A stretch of DNA of 64,000 nt from the NCBI GenBank assembly GCA_951406725.2, contig OX597815.1, positions 48,980,001 through 49,044,000 on the forward strand, read 5' to 3'. Source of the stretch: Octopus vulgaris (Eukaryota). Below, piece by piece: positions 13,617-26,110 of this stretch. Each line of letters starts with the position of its first letter. Positions within the stretch are counted from its first letter, which is position 1. The notes beneath the pieces were generated by a model. The model searched no databases. It saw only the letters and a list, made by a program, of their open reading frames with translations, and was not told the DNA's origin. The position numbers and the translations under genes are program-made.

Positions 13617-13769
13617 ATATTTATCTCCACTTAAACGTGGATGCTCTGCTAGAACAAATTATACTGTGGTAGATACCATGTGAGAATCTATCATAATGAC
13701 TTTTGGTGCAAATGCATTCTTGCTTAGTTTGTTCTAAGAGAACATCCGCTTTTAGGTGGAGATAAATAT
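13617..13769. mobile_element. Palindromic MITE-like element
   Basis: ~45-bp imperfect inverted arms ATATTTATCTCCACTTAAACGTGGATG.. / ..CATCCGCTTTTAGGTGGAGATAAATAT. Confidence 0.75.
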
Positions 13770-13926
13770 TATTATCTCCCGATTTAATACTACCTCTGTC
13801 GATAATATATATATATTAACGACTTGTTTAATAATTGAATCTTAAATACAGTGGATATGTGTATGGTACTTAAACACTAAACATGTAGTCAATATCCTTT
13901 TATTCGTGATACTGGTTTTAAAATAT

Positions 13927-14333
13927 ACTCTTTACTCTTTTACTTATTTCAGTCATTGTCATTTGACTGTGGTCATGCTGGAGCACTGCCTTTGGTCGAG
14001 CAAATCGACTCCAAGACTTATTCTTTGTAGGCCTAGTACTTATTCTATCGAGCTCTTTTGCCGAACCGCTAAGTTACGGGGACGTAAACACACCAGCATC
14101 GGTTGTCAAGCGATGTTGTTGGGGGGGAGACAAACACAGACACACAAACATATACACACACACATACACATATACATATATACGTCGGGCTTCTTTCAGT
14201 TTCCGTCTACCAAATCCACTCACAAAGCTTTGGTCGGCCCGAGGCTTAGAGTAGAAGACACTTGCCCAAGGTGCCACGCACTGGGACTGAACCCGGAACC
14301 ATGTGGTTGGTAAGCAAGCTACTTACAACACAG
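13927..14333 (-). mobile_element. SINE family A, near full-length
   Basis: Aligns with the 4303-4776 copy. Confidence 0.9.
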
Positions 14334-14399
14334 TGAACCATCTCATCAGAGGTCTGGATATATTTATCTAAAGCGGTCAAAATTAAAACCAACAAAATA

Positions 14400-14552
14400 C
14401 TTCGGTAGCGTTTTGAAGAATTTCAGTCGAACGGATCGACCCCAATACTTTTCTTTCTAATTCCTGGTACTTATTCTGTCGTTCAGTTTTGCTGAACCGC
14501 AAAGTTACGGGGACGTAAGCAAATGAACACGGGTTGTCGGTATATGTGTGTG

Positions 14553-14638
<86 letters not shown>

Positions 14639-14646
14639 GAGAGAGA
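14400..14646 (-). mobile_element. SINE family A 3' half with (GA)n at the internal microsatellite site
   Basis: GAACCGCAAAGTTACGGGGACGTAA block followed by a long (GA)n. Confidence 0.7.
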
Positions 14647-15044
14647 CCGGCATATCAAAGAATAGAACCAACGTTTCCTCTGCGAGTCGTAAAAAGTGGT
14701 TGAGGTTGGATTTGCTCCCGACCTCATAAAATACTCATTAGCAACGACTGCCCGAATAGACTTATGTTTTGTGGGCTTGTTGTCTGGGTGGCGCAAAGGT
14801 GTCATCCGCCAGGAGTAGGTAATCACCAACAAACGGGAGTGAGGTGGTGATGATATATAGCAACGCGTTGTTACAGCGCATGTCGCTATACTACTACTAC
14901 TACTACTACTACTAAATACGCACGCACACTGTTATATCGCAATACTGCACAGTGGCTGTGTGTGCTACAATATAACAGTGGCGACGAGGATTTCGTTGCA
15001 CACACTGTGTAGCATTGCGATATAATACACACACACACACATAA

Positions 15045-15290
15045 TGTAGTCGTAGGTTATGGCCAGTCAGGAAGTTACCATTGGTTTCACGCCTATTACT
15101 GCTTTTCGCAATATAGGCGATAAATCAGGCCCGCTGGCCGCAGACACACAATCTTTTTCTAATGGAGGTAAAGGCTATGTAAAAAAATTGTCTCCGGCCA
15201 GCGGCTCTACCGAGTCGCCTGTATTGCTAAGAACAATAATTGACGTGAAACCAATGGTAACTTTCTGACTTGTCATAACCTACGACTACA
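15045..15290. mobile_element. Foldback MITE with ~100-bp TIRs, possible TAA TSD (PIF/Harbinger-like)
   Basis: TGTAGTCGTAGGTTATG..GTTACCATTGGTTTCACG / CGTGAAACCAATGGTAAC..CATAACCTACGACTACA; TAA at 15042-15044 and 15291-15293. Confidence 0.85.
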
Positions 15291-15447
15291 TAAAATATTA
15301 CTGCTCAAAATATTTTTAATCTGCTTTTTATTCGGACTTATGAACAACTGATGGAATACATGTGTGTGTATGTGTATGTGTGTGCGTGTGTCTGAGTGTG
15401 TGTGTGTGTGAATGAGTGGAGAGAGAGAGAGTGGAGGGAGAGTGAAC

Positions 15448-15511
15448 AAAACTGGTGAGTTAGTTCATAAGGTATTTAATTACATCATGTATGAACTAAT
15501 TTACCAGTTTT
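15448..15511 (+). ncRNA. Candidate pre-miRNA-like hairpin (or mini-MITE)
   Basis: 22-bp fully paired stem (two G-U) and 20-nt loop; no expression evidence. Confidence 0.3.
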
Positions 15512-16514
15512 ATTTTTCTATCTGTACTGAGTGACCTTCCTAACTTTGTCTATAATGCAGGAGTTCTCCTCTGCAGTTTTTCCTTCCAAGGTATATGGAT
15601 ACACACGGAGTTCTCAGTACCGGTTATATGTCATGCAATTCAAACCCTACTGCACAAATATGTGCGTGTGTGTATATGTGAGAAAGAAAAAGTGAGATAG
15701 ATAGATAGACAGACAGATAGAGAGAGAGAGGGAGAGAGAGAGAGTTGAAATGAGATTGGCATTTAGTCCAAATGGTTCTGGTTTTGTACACCGGTTGTGG
15801 AAAGAAGAAAATAAAAAAGATGTTGAATGAATAACCTTCGGTGATCTCCAGCAGCAGACGTCCCCCAAATCAAAACTGAAATGGCTGAAGGTAACCCGTA
15901 ATTCTTGCGTATTGCATATCATTCTATAAATATTTGGCTACGATTCAACGTTTTCGAGGACTATGATCTAAGGAGAGATATGTTTAAAAAATATATAAGC
16001 GAAATACCGAGACTGGCTGAAAATTTGAATATTACTTCCGTCATTTAAAATATTTTTTCTTTCCTTATACAATTTTGTTTAAAAAAAAAAGACCTGACAA
16101 CCTTTATCAAAATTATGTAAATTAAAGTAAATGTGGTTATGTAGGATGTAGTGTTTTTGCATCAAATGGTAAACATAATTGCATGTTTTATAGAACATCA
16201 AAAGGAAACGCAACTGAGCTATAGATATTTTGGCTTGTCATAAAGTTTATTTATCAACAACATTTATTTTAGTAATTGCAATAGCAACACCAAGGGTTAC
16301 ATTGAGCACGCAATTTAGTCGCTCATTGTTACGTAATCAAACAAATATTAACAAAAAAAGCTTTAGAGAAGGAGACTGCAGGAAACTTTGACACAGAAAT
16401 GTAAATAAATCTTTCCATACATAAGTGCAATATTTTTCAATGTTTGAATATTTTGCACTGCTAATTATAAAATTTATTCATTTATGAAGCAAACTTCTTT
16501 CTATGTATCTATAT

Positions 16515-16850
16515 ATTTTATCTTTTACTTGTTAAAGTCATTAGATCGCGGCTATGCCAGGCACTGTCTTGAAGAAATTTTAGTCGAATGCATCGACCCC
16601 ATGACTTATTTCTTAATAAGCCTTGTACTTATTCTGTCGGTCTGGTGACGTAAACAGACCAACACCGGTTGTCAAGCGTTGTAGGTGGACAAACACATAC
16701 ACACACATATAGTTATATACGACGAGCTTCGTTTAGTTTCCGTTTACCAAATCCACTCAAAAGGCCTTGGTCAGGCCGAGGCTATAGTAGAAGATACTAT
16801 CCCAAGGTGTCATGCAGTGGGGCTGAATCCGAAACCATATGGTTGGGAAT
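16515..16850 (-). mobile_element. SINE family A, diverged
   Basis: Tail, body and B-box region recognisable. Confidence 0.8.
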
Positions 16851-17754
16851 GACGCTGATTATGAATATCAATAAGAAGCCTGAGGGAAATTACATAAGAG
16901 GTGCTTTCTGTATATAGAATACACAAAGCGTTTTATATCTGTAATATAGTGAGTTACTCGAAAGGATGGTAGTTATATTTACAATAAGATTTCCTTTGAC
17001 TTGACACACGTCTACCTTTTAATAACTTAGCTTACTGACGATTAAATCGATGCAAGTTAAATACTTGTATTAATTCTTTTTTTTTTTTTTCGTGTATCCT
17101 TCCAGGAGAAATTGCTAAGTCAATTCTCAGTAATATTTAAACTCAGACGAGATTAAAATAAAGGAAAAAAAAAAAAAAAAAAAAAACTCAAGTGAAAATT
17201 ACTCGGGCACACTCTACTTCGTATAAACTCACCACCCTGCTGTCAAACAAGCACTACCACCACAACAACAGCAACACCAACAGAGTAACAACAGAAATGT
17301 AACGAATATGAAGAAAAATGTCTTCCAGCTCATGAAATGATTTTTTTTTAATATTTATTTTCCACTACTTTATATCCATTTGTCCATATTTCTTTGGGTG
17401 GGACACGGTTTTATTGGAGCAATTGTTTTTACAGCCGGATCTCTTTCCTGCCAATAACCACTCAACCATGAAGTAGGGAGTGGAACATATTTTAATACGT
17501 TTTTTTTTTCATTTACGTTTCCTTTTGTCATTCAGGAAAACCGTAGTAAGCAGAGTTATGCGCTTTATTCGTGGGGAGAACAATACAATAGCTGCAAGAA
17601 GACGTGTAACCATTTGAATTTATCACTATGTGGTCTGTAGAACAGTATCTCAGCGTTATGCATAGCAGTTGTATACTTTTGTATTGAAGAATGTCTGTCT
17701 GTATCGGTCTGTCTCTGTCTGTCTGTCTGTCTCTCCACACACACACACACACTG

Positions 17755-17793
<39 letters not shown>

Positions 17794-17890
17794 ATCTTTT
17801 ATCTTTTACTTGTTTTAGCAATTTGACTGAGGCCATACTGGAGTGCCACCTTGAAGGCTTTTAGTCGAATACATTGACCCCATATATATA

Positions 17891-18274
17891 GGCGCAGGCG
17901 TAGCTGTGTGGTAGAAGCCTGTGCCTTAACCATATAGTTCCGGGTTCGGTCCCTCTGTGTGACACCTTGAGTAAGTGTCTTCTACTATAGCCTCGGGCCG
18001 ACCAAAGCCTTGTGAGTGGATTTAGTGGACTGAAACAGAAAGACGCCCGTCGTATATATGCGTGTGTATGTGTGTTTGCCTCCACCACCACTTGATAAGT
18101 AGTGTTGGTGCGTTTACATCTCTGTAACTTAGCGGTTCGGCAAAACAAATGATAGAATAATTACTTGGCTTTAACAAATAACTCTTGGGGTTAATGCATT
18201 CGACTAAAAGCCTTCAAGGTGGCACTCCAGTATGGCCTCAGTCAAATTGCTAAAGCAAGTAAAAGATAAAAGAT
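17891..18274 (+). mobile_element. SINE family A, full-length, preceded by an inverted copy of its own tail (17793-17881)
   Basis: GGCGCAGGCGTAGCTGTGTGG head through to GTAAAAGATAAAAGA tail. Confidence 0.88.
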
Positions 18275-18469
18275 TATATATATATATATATATATAAGCA
18301 AGTAAACACACAAACATGTATAAACATCTATTTATCTCTCTCTCTCTCTCTCTCTCATGTATACACACATATATATATATACATACATACATATATGCAT
18401 GAGAGATAGATAGATAAATAGATGTTTGTACATGTATGTGTTTACTTGCTATTATACACTTACATGTTC

Positions 18470-18655
18470 TCTTTCATCTTTTATTTGTCTCAATCATAGG
18501 ACTGCGACCATGCTGGAGCACCGCCTTGAGGGGTTTTAGTCGAACAAATCAATCTCAATACTTATTCCTTATAGCCTGATACTTATATCGATATTTTATG
18601 CCGCACCACTAAGTTCTGGTGGCGGAAAAAACTACCACTGTCTGTCAAACGGTGA

Positions 18656-18746
<91 letters not shown>

Positions 18747-18900
18747 CGATGGGCCTCTTTTAACTTCCGTCTACCAAATTCACAAGGCGCTGGTCGGAAA
18801 AGAAGTATAGGAGAAGATATGTGCTTAAGGTCCCACGAACTGTGGTACTGAACTCGAAACCCTGTGACTAGAGAGCAAACTGCTTACCACACAACTATTC
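18470..18900 (-). mobile_element. SINE family A, diverged, long internal (CA)n
   Basis: Aligns with family A consensus. Confidence 0.8.
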
Positions 18901-19683
18901 TATAACAATAATTTCTTTTAAATCCGTCTTATTTTTTGTTTTGTTTTATAGAAAGTGAAGAGTGCAAACGACTGCATTAATCTCAGCATATTACTGGTAC
19001 GTTAGTGGTAGCAGTATAAGGATATCGTATTCACTGCCTTCCTATCCTTAGAATTCCTAATAATACATTAAATACAGCTAACGCGAACACTTAACAAATC
19101 CTTGTACAGAAGTATTTTTCTTAAATGTTTAGAACGTATAAAAGTTCGTTGTTTAATGAATGAGACTATGAGAGAATATACCCCATCTCCATTCCAGTTC
19201 TGAGCAGCAAGGGATTGGTGTCGAATTTAGTGCAGTTTCATACTTTGTGCAAATCTTATCACAAACTATTTAGCAAGACTATAAACAATAAGACTGAAGA
19301 AAAATACCCAAGGGTACTCACTGCATGCTAAATATAAATACAGTTGGGTCTCACATATGTAATTTACTGAGTTGAAAAAGTTCGATCATCTGAGATTAAC
19401 CACGTAATTACTTGAGAAAAATACCCTCTAAGGATGTTTAAAATCTAAAAACAACAAACAGGGGAGATAAATTAGATAAGAACAGTTAATAGCAATTTTT
19501 GGAAGATATAAATATAAATGCTAGTCAATGAGGATGCCTATAAGTGGTCGCTAGAAATAGCAGCCAGATCACTATCAGATATGTGCCATAATTTAAAAAG
19601 AAAGGAATGTCATATTGAAGAATATACATTCAAATATTTCGTTTTTGTATTTGGTTTGCAAGATTCTTGATGTAAACTCGTGT

Positions 19684-20009
19684 TATATCACGTGAGGGTC
19701 ATTATGTTAAGAAACACACGCACTGGCTCAATTTCACTTCTTTATCTTTATTAGTCAACTGGTTAGTCACCTAACCAAGTAGCTAATCGATTGTTTAATT
19801 ACTCTTTCAATCAAGCAATCAATATGATAAGATTTTCTAAGTCCTTTCATTGCTATTCGCTAGCTCATCAATGACACGCCCTCTCTATTGATTGGTTGAG
19901 TGAATCGAAAAATATGTTAGCTAATTGGCTCAGCGGTTAACCGATTGTCTAATAAAGATAAAGAAGTTTAACAGAACCAGTGCGTGTGTTTATTGACCCA
20001 CGCGAAATA
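19684..20009. mobile_element. Palindromic foldback element
   Basis: AAACACACGCACTGG..ACTTCTTTATCTTTATTAG (from 19712) / CTAATAAAGATAAAGAAGT..CCAGTGCGTGTGTTT (to 19991); pairing continues imperfectly inward and outward. Confidence 0.8.
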
Positions 20010-20599
20010 AATTCAGATATTATAACTGAAATCAAATCTTAAGTTAGATTTGGAAGGCTTTTGATAAAATATTTGCTCGATCAGGGAAGATCTCAAAATT
20101 TGTATACGTTATAACAGTAAGGCATTTACAGTTTTTTTTAATTTGTGATGTGTTAATACATTTACTAATTTCGATGTAGATATCGTATTGTAATCCGAAA
20201 TTTCTACTGGTTGTCACAGTTCAACCAATATGGAATTTGTTAAACTCTCGCACAGTATTACAGCTGACGCTTCTTGATATGACACACACTGATCCTTAAG
20301 CTTACCGTAGCTCAAAACTGCAGTAAGTTTAGCAACTATTTAATACTGCAACGAATTTAAAGCATACTACTTGGAATTTATTCCAGAAGACAATATACAT
20401 TTTAGATGAATTACTTGAAGAAATGAGAGTCTTAAGTAGGGAAAGGACATTAGATAATGCATTTCTTATGCAACGCCCAGCTAAAATACACGGCCCCGAG
20501 TCAGAGGTGAAATTCATATATCTATTTTGATATGTTTCTTAATCGCTCGGTTGCAAATACTTCATGTTTGTGTAACGAATTCTATATATACTTCTGCAT

Positions 20600-21440
20600 T
20601 CTAGAAGTTTTCAGAGACATTTATTAATTTTTTTAAAAAGTACAAAATTCTGATCTCAAAAGAGGGATCCCTGACTTCAATGCACTTGTTGCAGCACTCC
20701 AGTCACTTTGTAGAGGCTCCACAAAAGTCCTCCAAACTGAAGGTGTCCAGTACCCTTGTCACAGCCTCCTTCATTTTCCAAACGACTACTTCTGAGGTTC
20801 TCATTCAGTGTGAGGAACAACCAAAAGTTACAAGAGAATATGGCCAGGTCTGTGGGGAGGTTGAGGGACAGCTTTGATGCTTATCTCCATCAAGTAGTTG
20901 ATAACCAAGATGCTTGTCATTGAGCACCCTTGGGACAAACTTTGCACAAATTTTGCACATGTTCAGATCTTCAGGAATAATCCTGTGTACAGTTGCAACA
21001 CCAATTCCAAACTCCGTTCTTTTTGTCTTTACGGATACACAAAGGTCTTCAATCAGAGAAATGTGAACATTTTCTTAACCAGCTCTAATGTTCTGACATC
21101 CCTCTTCCTGTCAGTCCTTTATCATCTCTCACTTCTTCTCTACCGTCCTTGTACTTCTTGTGCCAGCGAAAAACTTAATCCATAAACAATCTGAAGCACT
21201 TCATAAGTTTCTATAGTGTTTTTGCCCAGTTTAATGCAAAATTTTATTGCAAAGCGAGTTTCCAAACGTCCCGACCACATTTTACAAGCTACTCAGCTGT
21301 TACAAGCGGTGTCTATCAGGGTATGTTCAAAGTACTGTTACGGCTATCTCCTTCAATCTGGAATAACACAAGCTGACAGATGTATAATGATAATAGACTA
21401 AAATTTAAATAATCTAGAACAGTTTTTAACTGCCTCTCTT
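20600..21440 (-). pseudogene. Internally deleted, frameshifted mariner transposon
   Basis: Reverse translation gives AIKFCIKLGKNTIETYEVLQIVYG, KICAKFVPRVL (WVPHEL-like motif) and C-terminal LECCNKCIEV. Confidence 0.85.
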
Positions 21441-21497
21441 AAAAGAGTCTCAAATATTCTGGAATGCGTCTCCTCGTACGTGCGTACGTACATACAT

Positions 21498-21503
21498 ATC
21501 TAT

Positions 21504-21577
<74 letters not shown>

Positions 21578-21586
21578 GTCTGTCTA

Positions 21587-21675
<89 letters not shown>

Positions 21676-21676
21676 A
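21498..21676. repeat. (TATC)n/(TGTC)n microsatellite
   Basis: Directly visible. Confidence 0.97.
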
Positions 21677-22366
21677 TGTATATACATACATATGTATGTA
21701 CATGTATGTATATATATGCAGAAATGCAGATACATGTATAACTACACACACATACATATCAATATATATATATATATACATACACACACATATGTATGTA
21801 TATATAAAGTGAAGAACGTGTGTTTATGCATTTGTGTATATATGTGGTAGGGAATGCGTGGGTGTGTGATTGTGTGTGATATGTGCTTGTTTTGCCACAC
21901 ACACACACACGTACACACACACACACACGTACAGAGCGTGCACGTTCACACTTTCACCTACAGAGAAATGCAAAGAGACATCGTTATAAAAGAACAAAAA
22001 AAAATTTGTAAATAAAATGTACAGAATGACATGCAAGTACATAATCCAATACCAGCATGAAACATCAACACTGAACAAAACTGTCACCACCACCACCACC
22101 ACCTCCACCACCGGCACCGCCGCCGCCGCCGCTGCCGCCGCTGCCGCCGCCACACTATCATCATTACTGCCATTACTAAAATTAACATTACTATCACCCA
22201 AACCACCAACAGCGCTCTAGGTAAACCTGCTCCCCTCCGCATGCGCAGAGCACCCTTCACTACGCTCTCGATGACTTCTGGCAATCATCAACATTTATTT
22301 TATCAAACTTGCTTTGATAAAGTGTACGAGTATACGCTTGATGGTATGCGTGGGCGTATACGCACT

Positions 22367-22412
<46 letters not shown>

Positions 22413-22679
22413 TGTGTCTGTGTGTGTATGTATGTATGGGTGTTTGTATAAATGCATGTGTGCATGTGTCTGTATGTGTTATGTGGGTCTGAATATAAGT
22501 ATATAAGTATGGTGGTACGTGTGTGCTTTTGGATGTCGTGAAGGAGAGTAACTTCCTTCAGTTGCTTCAAACTTGTGAGTTGAGTTGCAGGATGCTGGTA
22601 GCAGTTGTCATGGGATCGTATTGAGAAGACGGAATCGAAGAAACAAGAACAGCTGTAGCAGCAACAGCAACGACAACGA

Positions 22680-22747
<68 letters not shown>

Positions 22748-22814
22748 ACAGCAACATTAACAACAAGAACAACAACAGCAATAATGATAATAATAATAAT
22801 AATAATAATAATAA

Positions 22815-23020
22815 GGATTTCAAATTTTGGCACAAGGCCAGCAATTTCAGAAGTTGATTATATTGAATTCGGTATTCAGCTGGTACTAATTTTATCGACC
22901 TCGGAAGGAAGAAAGGCCAAATCGACTTCGATGAAATTTGAACTCAGAATGTAAAGACGGGCGAAATGCCGCAAAACACTTTTGCTCGGCGTACTAACGA
23001 TTCTCCCACCTTGCCGCCCT
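22815..23020 (-). mobile_element. SINE family B flanked on both sides by (AAT)n
   Basis: Head GGCGGCAAGGTGGGAGAATCGTTAG, B box GAGTTCAAATT, tail GGCCTTGTGCCAAAATTTGAAATCC. Confidence 0.85.
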
Positions 23021-23021
23021 A

Positions 23022-23079
<58 letters not shown>

Positions 23080-23088
23080 GTAATAATA

Positions 23089-23140
<52 letters not shown>

Positions 23141-23142
23141 TG

Positions 23143-23176
<34 letters not shown>

Positions 23177-23189
23177 TAATAATAATGCC

Positions 23190-23600
23190 ATGGCAAGACA
23201 GACAACTATCTTTTGTATATGGATGATCTCAAAGTTGTACGTTGCAAATGATAAACAACTCGTGGAGACACGGGTTTACCCGAAACTAATAATTATGAAG
23301 TTCAGGCTTAGAAAAATGCGCCAAAGTGACGTTGAAGAGAGAAAAGTAATTAAGAATACGAATATCACACGAATATCACACAAGATAAAGAAACTGGGGT
23401 GAGAGAATTAAACCAAACACAGACATACAAATACTTAGGAATCAATGGATTAGTGTATAAGGCAAATGAAAAAGAGATTAGGAAAGAATTTTATTGACGA
23501 ATTAAATTAATACGTAAAACTGAGCTGAATGCAAAAAGTAAGGTAATAGGTATCAATATTCTAGTTCTCTCAATAATAAGTTTCAGTTTTCATCAGGAAA
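23190..23600 (+). pseudogene. R4/Dong-clade non-LTR reverse transcriptase fragment
   Basis: Frameshifted LYMDDLK, MKF.LEKCAKVT, TYKYLGI, ELNAKSKVIGINIL; directly follows (AAT)n. Confidence 0.8.
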
Positions 23601-23682
23601 AAAAAAGCCCTTGAAACGACTTATCGGTTCCAGCTAATGAGAATTTAACACTAAAAAAGATGGATAATAATAATAATAATAA

Positions 23683-24332
23683 TGTGACTGGCTCCCATGA
23701 CTTCTCATCTTAATTGATTGAAAGTGTTATCATGTACATGTTTTGTCTTGGTATAAAGGATGGGCTACAGCAAATACTCAAATTCTACCGAGGTCGACTT
23801 TGTCTTTCATCCTTTCGGGGTCGATAAATTAAGTACCAGTTTCGTCCTGGGGTCGATCTAATCCACTGGCCCACTTCCCCAAAATTTCGGAGGAGAAAAG
23901 AATACCACAGATTTGCTTGTCATTTGCTTGACCATAACCAGTTGAACATGTCCCTTAGTGGTTGACGACTTGTACATCTTTGAACACGAGCAGAAGTAGC
24001 AGGAGAGCATTATAGCCATGTGTTGAGAGGAATTTTTTAGGGTTTGAATAATTTACCTTTGGAGACATGGGTGTTTCGTTCATTATCCTTAAACGAACCT
24101 TATTCGGGGACCTTTTGAGTGGGATGGGCTACCCGATCTGAAGAAAATTCTAACTGGGCCCTACCTGCAATGTTATGCGCTGTTTATGTTGATATGAGAT
24201 CACTATGTCGCGCACATATGGTCGCGTGCCTAATGTACTCTAATCAAACGGGTAGTCATGATGGGTATACCGGGCTTCGTTTATTTGTACCCTAGTGTCA
24301 CTTTGGATGGCATGCATTTTTCTCTCTCACAC
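23683..24332 (+). mobile_element. ~530-bp (AAT)n-associated element, older copy, interrupted by a SINE B fragment (~23777-23895)
   Basis: Collinear with 25458-26014. Confidence 0.85.
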
Positions 24333-24626
24333 AATAATAACAAAAATAACAACAAGAACAGTAATAATAATCATATGTTTGTTATATGCGACAAAATCTG
24401 TATTGAACTAGTAATTTGTGCATCGTAGATACATTATTGTATCCTAATTAACAGCGGAATATGTCCCGAGAAAGTATCTCTCATAGACGTAAAGCGTCTT
24501 TAACAATTTATCTTTTTATATATTAGAGATGTATTTCTGCACGAGATGGCTTTTCGGGATGAAAACTGTAGTTAATTAGGCTTTCAGCTATGTTTCTATT
24601 TTATGTATGATATACATACTACTATA

Positions 24627-24922
24627 TCTTTATATATAAAAGAGAAGTTGTGCGTCTGTCTCCTACGATTTAGATTCCTAACTACTCCCACATTTTGCGG
24701 TGCAGTTTAACCAAAGCCGGGTATCTTATAGTCGTGATTCATATCGAGCCCTTCTGGGTATTAGCGCGCGTCTACGATGAGTCTACGATTTTAAAAAAAA
24801 TTTACCATCATTTTTTTCCATTTTTAATGCATTTTCTTGCTATTTTTTGGCTATAACTCTCTAAAAATGCTTATATAGTTATTTCCCTTACAAACCCGTG
24901 CAACGCCGGGCGATACTGCTAG
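24627..24922 (+). mobile_element. Non-autonomous Helitron (296 bp)
   Basis: A|TCTTTATATATAAAAG 5' end; 3' hairpin CCCGTGCAACGCCGGG then CTAG|T; no TSD. Confidence 0.88.
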
Positions 24923-25074
24923 TTATATATATATATTTTCAGAAGTCAGACACATATAGTCATAAGCAAACGGACGAAAGATATACTAAATGCACTGAAG
25001 GCACAGACGAACGGAGAACAAACACAGGTCATCAATACCTCATCACTTTGTTGGCAAGCGCTGCTCTCTCATTC

Positions 25075-25139
<65 letters not shown>

Positions 25140-25140
<1 letters not shown>

Positions 25141-25328
25141 CCTTTCTACTATAGGTACAAGGCCTGTAATTTGGGTGAGGGGACAAGTGGATTACCCCCC
25201 GCCCCAGTTTCCCACTAGTACACATTTCATCCCGAAAGGATGAAAGACAAAGTCGCCCTCTGTGGAATTTGAACTCAGAATGTGAGTGCCACGAAGCATT
25301 TTGCCCAACGTGCTAACTATTCTGCTAA
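25140..25328 (-). mobile_element. SINE family B inside an (AAT)n tract
   Basis: Tail variant GGCCTTGTACCTATAGTAGAAAGG; central domain and B box. Confidence 0.8.
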
Positions 25329-25341
25329 AATAATAATGATA

Positions 25342-25455
<114 letters not shown>

Positions 25456-25457
25456 TA

Positions 25458-26014
25458 AATGCCCTGATGCAGTACCAGGCAGTGGCTCTCATGGCTTCTG
25501 ATCTTAACTGATTGGAAGTGTTATCATGTACATTGTTTTGTCTTGGTATAAAAGATGGGCTACAGCAAATATTCTGCTCAATACCACAGATTTGCTTGTC
25601 AGTTGTTTGACCTTAACCAGTTGAGCATGTCCCTTAGTGGCTGACGATATGTGCATCTCTGATCACGAGCAGAAGTAGTGGGGGAGCATCATAGCCATGT
25701 GTTGAGAGGGATTCTTTGGGGTTTGAATAATTCACCTCTGGAAACATGGGTGGTTCTTTCAACATCCTTAAACAACCCTTATTCAGGGACCTTTTGAGCG
25801 GGATGGGCTACTCAACCTGAAGAAAATTCTAACTGGGCCCCACCTGCAAGGTCATGTGCTGTTTATCTTGATATGAGATCACCATGTCGCGCACATATGG
25901 TTGTGATGCATGTGCCTGGTGTATCCTTATCAGACGGGTAGTCATGATGGGTATATTGGGCTTCGTATATTTTACCCCAGTGTCACTTTGATGGCATGCA
26001 CTGCTCTCTCACTC
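25458..26014 (+). mobile_element. ~530-550-bp (AAT)n-associated non-autonomous element, apparently complete
   Basis: Three copies within 3 kb plus a 3' stub at ~25055-25075; flanked by (AAT)n; no Pol III boxes or long ORF seen. Confidence 0.85.
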
Positions 26015-26021
26015 AATAATA

Positions 26022-26085
<64 letters not shown>

Positions 26086-26110
26086 TAATAATGATGATGA
26101 TAATAATAAT

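Noticed and set aside
14336-14360. CTGATGAG on the minus strand as a hammerhead
   Set aside because: Cut by a SINE; no matching GAAA half found. Similar isolated boxes at ~7810, ~8486 and ~35770 also lack stems
22110-22260. CpG-island promoter with (GCC)n and NRF1-like GCATGCGC
   Set aside because: CpGs come from a short microsatellite; no downstream gene structure visible
25645-25760. Hammerhead in the 530-bp element (CTGACGA ... GAAAC)
   Set aside because: No stem I or stem II complementarity and no NUH triplet in register
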